From positions 148,873 through 212,872 of the forward strand of contig DASVBS010000053.1 in assembly GCA_036375715.1 (NCBI GenBank): a DNA stretch of 64,000 nt, written 5' to 3'. Shown here piece by piece: positions 59,205 to 64,000 of this stretch. Position numbers and translations under genes: made by a program. The first letter of the stretch is position 1. Each line of letters opens with the position of its first letter. A model generated the notes under the pieces. That model was given only the letters and a program-made list of their open reading frames with translations, had not been told where the DNA came from and made no database searches. The DNA comes from Longimicrobiaceae bacterium (GTDB lineage Bacteria > Gemmatimonadota > Gemmatimonadetes > Longimicrobiales > Longimicrobiaceae).

Positions 59205-60053
59205 ATGGAACGGACGACGAGATCGGGTACCCCCGAGCGCCGCGACCATTCACCACCGGGACGTCTGCGCCGCATCTTCCACGATCATCCCACGGGCGTC
59301 TGGTCGCTCATCGGCATCGTGGTGCTCTTCTTCGGCCTCTTCGTCGCCACTACAGTGTGGGCCGTGAACGAGCGCTTCAAGCGCGACATCACGCGGATCG
59401 CCTTTACCCACGACACCCGGTCTCTGCGATTCCTCGCCGCGCGGGAGTCCGAGGGGCTGGCCGAGATGAGCGAGACCTTGGCCAACCTCGAGCAGCGAGC
59501 GGCGACGCTAGCCCCGGCGAATCGGCCCTACCTGGTGGTCTCGATCGAGGACCGCAGGGTCTGGTACCTACAGGGCAACGACACCCTCTTCACCGCCCCC
59601 GTCGCCGTGGGCTCGGGCGCCACCCTGGTGGTGGGCGGCGAGACGAAGCGCTTCCAGACGCCCCGCGGAATGATGAAAATCACCCGCAAGGAGCTGGATC
59701 CCGTGTGGGTGCCGCCGAACTGGCATTACATCGAGATCGCCCGGAAGGAGGGCCTCGAGGTGGTGGACATGAGCCACGCCGCCCCTGATGCGCTGGCTGG
59801 ATTTCCGCCTGGTGAGGAGCCGATCCGTGACGGGAAGATCTTCATTCCGCCCTACGGCAGCCCGCAACGGCGGCACAAGGGCGTGCTGGGTGTGGCCAAG
59901 CTCGAGATGTACGATGGCTACTACTTCCACGGCACGCAGAACGAAGCGTCCGTGGGCACCGCCGCCAGCCACGGCTGCATCCGCATGCTGAAGGACGACA
60001 TCCTCTGGATGTACGAGAACGTTCCGGTGGGGACGGAGGTGTATGTCTATTGA
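59205..60053 (+). CDS. L,D-transpeptidase (YkuD domain)
   Basis: N-terminal TM and the catalytic SHGCIRM motif. Confidence 0.75.
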   Translation: MERTTRSGTPERRDHSPPGRLRRIFHDHPTGVWSLIGIVVLFFGLFVATTVWAVNERFKRDITRIAFTHDTRSLRFLAARESEGLAEMSETLANLEQRAATLAPANRPYLVVSIEDRRVWYLQGNDTLFTAPVAVGSGATLVVGGETKRFQTPRGMMKITRKELDPVWVPPNWHYIEIARKEGLEVVDMSHAAPDALAGFPPGEEPIRDGKIFIPPYGSPQRRHKGVLGVAKLEMYDGYYFHGTQNEASVGTAASHGCIRMLKDDILWMYENVPVGTEVYVY

Positions 60054-60229
60054 GAAGTTAGAAGCTAGAAGCTAGCAGCTAGAATGCTTTGGTTGGGATT
60101 CCAGGGGGGAAGAGAGGTCTAGCGGACGCGTATCACGCGCTCGAGCCGTCCAGGAGTAATGCCCAATCTTGCAGATCCACTCACAAGGAATCCAGAAGGC
60201 GAGAAAATTCTAGCTTCTAACTTCTCAAC
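60054..60229. repeat. heptamer-array inverted-repeat element (GAAGCTA-type arms around a 122-bp core)
   Basis: gaagttagaagctagaagctagcagctagaat … attctagcttctaacttctcaac. Abuts or overlaps the stop codons of two convergent genes. Confidence 0.55.
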
Positions 60230-60516
60230 TCAATCTCCGGCTTCTCCGGGTGCCTCCTGTACAAAACCACCGTCCGCCCGATCGTCTGCACGTGCTCAAC
60301 TTCCGGGAGGCGGGCGGCGATCTCGGCGCCAGCCTCGGCGGCGGAAAGGGGGGCCGCGGACTGGACCTTGATCTTCAGCAGCTCGCGCGAGTTGAACGCC
60401 TCCAGGATCGACTGAAGGACCGCCTCGGTGAGGCCGTCCTTCCCCAGGTGCAGGATCGGCTTCAGCGGGTGCGCCAGCGATCGAAGCTGCGCCCGTTGCT
60501 TCGGGGTCAAGGTCAT
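60217..60516 (-). CDS. yhbY: ribosome assembly RNA-binding protein YhbY (CRM domain)
   Basis: 99 aa; LTPKQRAQLRSLAHPLKPILHLGKDGLTEAV is typical of YhbY. Confidence 0.75.
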   Translation of the reverse strand: MTLTPKQRAQLRSLAHPLKPILHLGKDGLTEAVLQSILEAFNSRELLKIKVQSAAPLSAAEAGAEIAARLPEVEHVQTIGRTVVLYRRHPEKPEIELRS

Positions 60517-61544
60517 GGTCCGGTGCTCCCGCGCGATCCCTCCGCCACGACCACCCGGTCCCGGCCGCCGGTTTTCGCCGCATACAGGGCGCGGTCGGCC
60601 ATGGCGACCAGCTCGCTGGCAGAGGCGGCCGCGTCGGGGGCGGCGGCCACGCCGAAGCTGGCGGTCACGCGCCGAGGCACGACATTGTCCGGGAAGAGCT
60701 CCCGCTGCAGGGTGCGCACGCGCTCTGCCAGGCGGCGCGCCACAGCAGTGCTGGTTTCCGGGAAGAGAATGGCGAACTCGTCGCCGCCGAACCGGCTGAT
60801 CACGTCGGTATTTCGGAAGGTCCCGCTCAGCAGCTGCGCGAACCGTCGCAGGACGTGGTCGCCGGCCGGGTGGCCCAGATCGTCGTTGATCAGCTTGAAG
60901 TCATCCAGATCCACCAGGATCAGAGCGGTCGGTCGGCCGTAGCGGTCACCCCGATTCAGCTCGGCCAGCAGACGCTCGTCGAAGCCGCGGCGGTTGTAGC
61001 AGCCCGTCAGGGGATCGACGTAGGCATGCGAGCGTAGCAGATCCAGCTCGTCTGCGCGTTGTAGCGCCACGCCGATGTCCGTGGAGGCACGCTCGAGAAG
61101 CTGGCGAGAGCCGTCGCCGTGGAAGGTACCGTCCACGCGGCGACCAACCAGCAGCGCAGTCCGGGCCCTCCCCTCCGGCCGCGGGATCTCGACCGTGAGC
61201 GCCGGTTCCGACTCCGATCCACCGTGCACCCGCGAGCCCGCGGCGTCTGCGGGCGGGAGCGTGAGGGGGATTCGCTCAACGGCAGCGGCGACTGCACGCG
61301 GATCCGCGCCGCTGGCGCTGAGGCAGCGCCAGCCGCCCCCCTCCTCCTCAACGATGGCTGTCCACTCCGCCCGCAGGAGGTGGCGCACCACTTCGACCGC
61401 GCGCCCCTCCGTCTCGGCACGGCCGGCGGCAGCGAGAAGCGCGCGCAGCACCTCCTCGATTGAGTCCTCGGCCGGCCGACCGTGTGCGTACGCGCGCCCC
61501 TCACCACGGTCCCGGAGCTGCGATGGGGCTGGACGGCTTGGCAC
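60513..61544 (-). CDS. GGDEF-domain diguanylate cyclase with N-terminal sensory region
   Basis: DPLTGCYNRRGF and RFGGDEF motifs. Confidence 0.75.
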   Translation of the reverse strand: MPSRPAPSQLRDRGEGRAYAHGRPAEDSIEEVLRALLAAAGRAETEGRAVEVVRHLLRAEWTAIVEEEGGGWRCLSASGADPRAVAAAVERIPLTLPPADAAGSRVHGGSESEPALTVEIPRPEGRARTALLVGRRVDGTFHGDGSRQLLERASTDIGVALQRADELDLLRSHAYVDPLTGCYNRRGFDERLLAELNRGDRYGRPTALILVDLDDFKLINDDLGHPAGDHVLRRFAQLLSGTFRNTDVISRFGGDEFAILFPETSTAVARRLAERVRTLQRELFPDNVVPRRVTASFGVAAAPDAAASASELVAMADRALYAAKTGGRDRVVVAEGSRGSTGP

Positions 61545-61585
61545 GAGAAGAGGGCGCTGGGGTGCTGCGAGGGGGTCGCGGGGAC

Positions 61586-62689
61586 TCAGCCGCCGAGCTC
61601 CACCCCGAGCTGCCGTGCGGTCAGCACGGTGTCGCTGTCCAGAGGCACCCGCTTGAGCCCCTGAACCGCTTCCTCGAGGGGAACCGGTCGAATCGTCTGA
61701 CCCTGAAGGGCCACCATCGTGCCGAGCTCACCCGCCGCGATGCACCGCACGGCGGCGGCGCCGAAGCGCAGAGCGAGGTTTCGGTCGTAGGCGATGGGAG
61801 AACCGCCACGTTGGATGTGACCCAGCACGAGCGTGCGGGTCTCCTTGCCTGTCCGCTCCTCGATCTCGCGGGCGAGGCGTTCGGCGATGCCTCCGTAGCG
61901 ACCCGTCTTGTCGGCGTAGCTGGGCGATTCGCCTTCGGGAAACGCGCCTTCCGCAACGACGATGATGCTGAAGCGCCGTCCGATGCGGTCGCGCTCCCGG
62001 ATCTTCTCCATCACCCGCTCGAGCTGGAACGGGACTTCAGGGATCAGAATGACGTCCGCGCCTCCCGCCATTCCGGACTCGAGCGCGATCCATCCCGTGT
62101 GACGGCCCATCACCTCCACTACCATCGCTCGCTGGTGCGCTTCGGCGGTGGAGTGCAGGCGCCCGATTGCGTCTGTCGCCACCTCGACCGCGGTCTGGAA
62201 GCCGAAGGTGACGTCCGTCGCACGCAGGTCGTTGTCGATGGTCTTGGGCACCCCGACCACCGGCAGCCCCTTCTTGCTCAACGCGTTGGCAATATTCAGA
62301 GAGCCGTCGCCGCCGATGGCGACGAGGGCATCGATCTCCAGCTCGCGAAAGCGTTGGACGATCTCGTCCGAGAGGTCCATCTTCCCCCAGGTCCCGTCCG
62401 GTTTGCGAACCTCCATGCCGAACGGGTTTCCGCGGGTTGTGGTTCCGAGCATGGTGCCACCGAGGTGGGTGATCCCCCGGACTGCGTGGGCCGTCAAGGG
62501 CACCAGGCCGGGCTCACCGTCCACCTCTCCCTGCAGGAGACCGGTGTAACCGCGGCGGATGCCAAGGACTTCCCAGCCGTTGTTCAGCGCAGAGAGCGTT
62601 GCTGCGCGGATCACGGCGTTCAGGCCGGGGGCGTCTCCTCCTCCGGTGTTGATTGCGATGCGCTTTACAGCTCTGGAACCCGAGGTCAT
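61586..62689 (-). CDS. pfkA: 6-phosphofructokinase
   Basis: NTGGGDAPGLNAVIRA, GGDGS and MGR motifs. Confidence 0.85.
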   Translation of the reverse strand: MTSGSRAVKRIAINTGGGDAPGLNAVIRAATLSALNNGWEVLGIRRGYTGLLQGEVDGEPGLVPLTAHAVRGITHLGGTMLGTTTRGNPFGMEVRKPDGTWGKMDLSDEIVQRFRELEIDALVAIGGDGSLNIANALSKKGLPVVGVPKTIDNDLRATDVTFGFQTAVEVATDAIGRLHSTAEAHQRAMVVEVMGRHTGWIALESGMAGGADVILIPEVPFQLERVMEKIRERDRIGRRFSIIVVAEGAFPEGESPSYADKTGRYGGIAERLAREIEERTGKETRTLVLGHIQRGGSPIAYDRNLALRFGAAAVRCIAAGELGTMVALQGQTIRPVPLEEAVQGLKRVPLDSDTVLTARQLGVELGG

Positions 62690-62821
62690 GTGCGGGCGAT
62701 AAGGTCTAGAGGGCGTAATTTTCGAACGTTGGAGGGGCGACTGATAGCCGATTCACCGAAGCGCCTGCGACCGGGGTCGCGAAGGCTGTCTCCGGCGCTA
62801 GATCTATGACCTGAGCGGTCG

Positions 62822-62851
62822 CTTGACAAGCGGCCGCGGCCATGGATATGC
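62822..62851 (+). promoter_or_regulatory. candidate sigma-70 promoter (TTGACA-18 nt-TATGCT)
   Basis: Consensus -35 and near-consensus -10, about 35 nt upstream of the DUF59 gene. Confidence 0.3.
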
Positions 62852-62884
62852 TGGCGGTTCACGTGGTTTTCTCGAGAGAGGGAG

Positions 62885-63184
62885 ATGATGGTTACCGAAG
62901 CGGCGGTCAAGAAGGCCCTCCGCGCGGTCAAGGATCCGGAGCTCAACCTGGATCTGGTCGTGCTGGGCCTCATTTACGATATACAGATCGATGGCGGCAA
63001 GGTGGCGGTGACCATGTCGCTGACTTCCCCCGCCTGCCCGGTCGCGGGGGAGATCGTGAACCAGGCTCGCGAAGCGGTCGAGTCGGTCGAGGGAGTGGAG
63101 GAGGCGGAGGTAGAGCTGACCTTCTCTCCGCTCTGGAGCCCGGAGAGGATTCCGCCGATGATCCGCTCGGCGTTGGGATTGTAG
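62885..63184 (+). CDS. DUF59/MIP18-family Fe-S cluster assembly protein (SufT-like)
   Basis: Conserved Cys context LTSPACP. GAGGGAG RBS. Confidence 0.7.
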   Translation: MMVTEAAVKKALRAVKDPELNLDLVVLGLIYDIQIDGGKVAVTMSLTSPACPVAGEIVNQAREAVESVEGVEEAEVELTFSPLWSPERIPPMIRSALGL

Positions 63185-63315
63185 AGGCGCCTGACCGTGG
63201 AACGACGTGGTCAGGGGCAGGCGGCATAGGGATTGCCGCCGAGCGTGAACTCTGACTTCACGCGCAATTGACGCGGAGAGCCGTCTCCGCTTGACATTCA
63301 CCGGAGGAGGACACG

Positions 63316-63828
63316 ATGCGGAAGGGGAGCGCCCTCGCGCGATGGACGGCAGGGATGATGATGGTTGCGTTGACCGCCGCCTGTGGCGGGGGGGATGCGC
63401 CGGAAACTGGCGGCGATGCCAGCGCTCCTGCCGGGGCACCGTCCGAAGCGCCTGGTGCTGCCGCAACTGGAGGTGACGCGACCGCCGCGCCCTCGGCGGA
63501 CACGGGTGCCGCCGCGGCGCCGGCAGGGGGTGATGCCCAACTGGTTTCGCAGGGGCAGCAGATCTACGCGAGCTCGGTCTGCGTGAGTTGCCATGGTGCG
63601 AACGCCGCCGGCACGCCACTGGCCCCCAATCTCACGGACGACGAGTGGCTGTGGGTCGATACGGCGGGCGACATGCAGGCGCAGGTGGCCGAGATCATCC
63701 GCACCGGGGTCTCGCAGCCGAAGGATCCGGCGCACGTCGCCCCGATGCCTCCGTACGGGGGCGGGGCGCCCCTGGACGACTCGCAGGTCCAGGCGCTCGC
63801 GGCGTACGTGGTTTCGCTGAGTGAGTAG
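63316..63828 (+). CDS. class I c-type cytochrome lipoprotein (paralog of 7272..7775)
   Basis: CVSCHG heme motif, lipobox LTAACGG. The conserved C-terminal half (…MPPYGGG…AAYV…) is alignable to the protein at 7272..7775. Confidence 0.7.
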   Translation: MRKGSALARWTAGMMMVALTAACGGGDAPETGGDASAPAGAPSEAPGAAATGGDATAAPSADTGAAAAPAGGDAQLVSQGQQIYASSVCVSCHGANAAGTPLAPNLTDDEWLWVDTAGDMQAQVAEIIRTGVSQPKDPAHVAPMPPYGGGAPLDDSQVQALAAYVVSLSE

Positions 63829-63848
63829 GGGAAGGCGGAAACAGAGGG

Positions 63849-63990
63849 AGTTAGGAGCTAGAAGCTAGAAGCTGGAATGCTTCCCTGCGGGCTTCCCTGC
63901 CGGGGGAGGGTCTCTGCAGCGGGCAGGCGGTGCCACCCTTCCGCGGGGAAGCTCGAAAACGTGACTTCTAGCTTCTAGCTTCTAGCTTCT
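63849..63990. repeat. heptamer-array inverted-repeat element (GAAGCTA-type arms around an 86-bp hairpin-forming core)
   Basis: agttaggagctagaagctagaagctggaat … acttctagcttctagcttctagcttctcc. Lies 20 nt after the cytochrome c stop. Confidence 0.55.
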
Positions 63991-64000
63991 CCTCCTGGCT

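Noticed and set aside
32238-63990. Heptamer arrays as a CRISPR or a minisatellite
   Set aside because: Arms are only 3-4 heptamers long with no unique spacers between them and always occur as inverted pairs around a core. No cas genes are present. This is not CRISPR-like; it is reported as a distinct repeat family.

Overview
This is a high-GC (about 68-70%) bacterial chromosomal window, mostly housekeeping genes with several accessory islands. Much of it is cell-envelope and respiratory core: dapD-dapE, SCO1, a caa3-type cytochrome c oxidase operon (ctaCDEFG) followed by a PVC-type HEAT/heme protein, two tandem class A PBPs, gyrA, aroK, ispH, mscL, pfk, amgK-murU, and flotillin/NfeD. The taxon is not determined. 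The candidate novel system is at about 8.9-18.0 kb. Two adjacent small ORFs encode double-glycine-leader peptides, each with a 32-aa hydrophobic, GxxxG-rich core ending in a Cys pair. Downstream are a polytopic membrane protein (immunity candidate), an HlyD-family membrane fusion protein and a C39-peptidase ABC exporter (PCAT). A Sulfotransfer_1-family sulfotransferase lies convergent to these. Upstream sits a regulatory module: a sigma-54 enhancer-binding protein, a low-GC TPR protein and an AraC-type regulator, plus a perfect 12-bp palindrome just before the first peptide. This looks like a two-peptide bacteriocin or RaxX/RaxST/RaxAB-like secreted peptide system outside its usual lineages. 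A second unexplained signal is a family of at least five intergenic elements. Each has arms made of tandem AT-rich heptamers (AATTACG, TTATCCG or GAAGCTA) in inverted orientation around a 6-140 bp GC-rich core, and they sit at gene 3' ends or overlap stop codons. Smaller observations include an AmgK-like kinase fused to a RapZ C-terminal domain, a Cys-to-Ala dead L,D-transpeptidase paralog next to an active one, a degenerate GT51 transglycosylase-like protein, and a compositionally foreign (about 55% GC) TPR gene. No rRNA, CRISPR, transposase or integrase was recognised. No tRNA was seen, but only the 6395..6677 spacer was checked.
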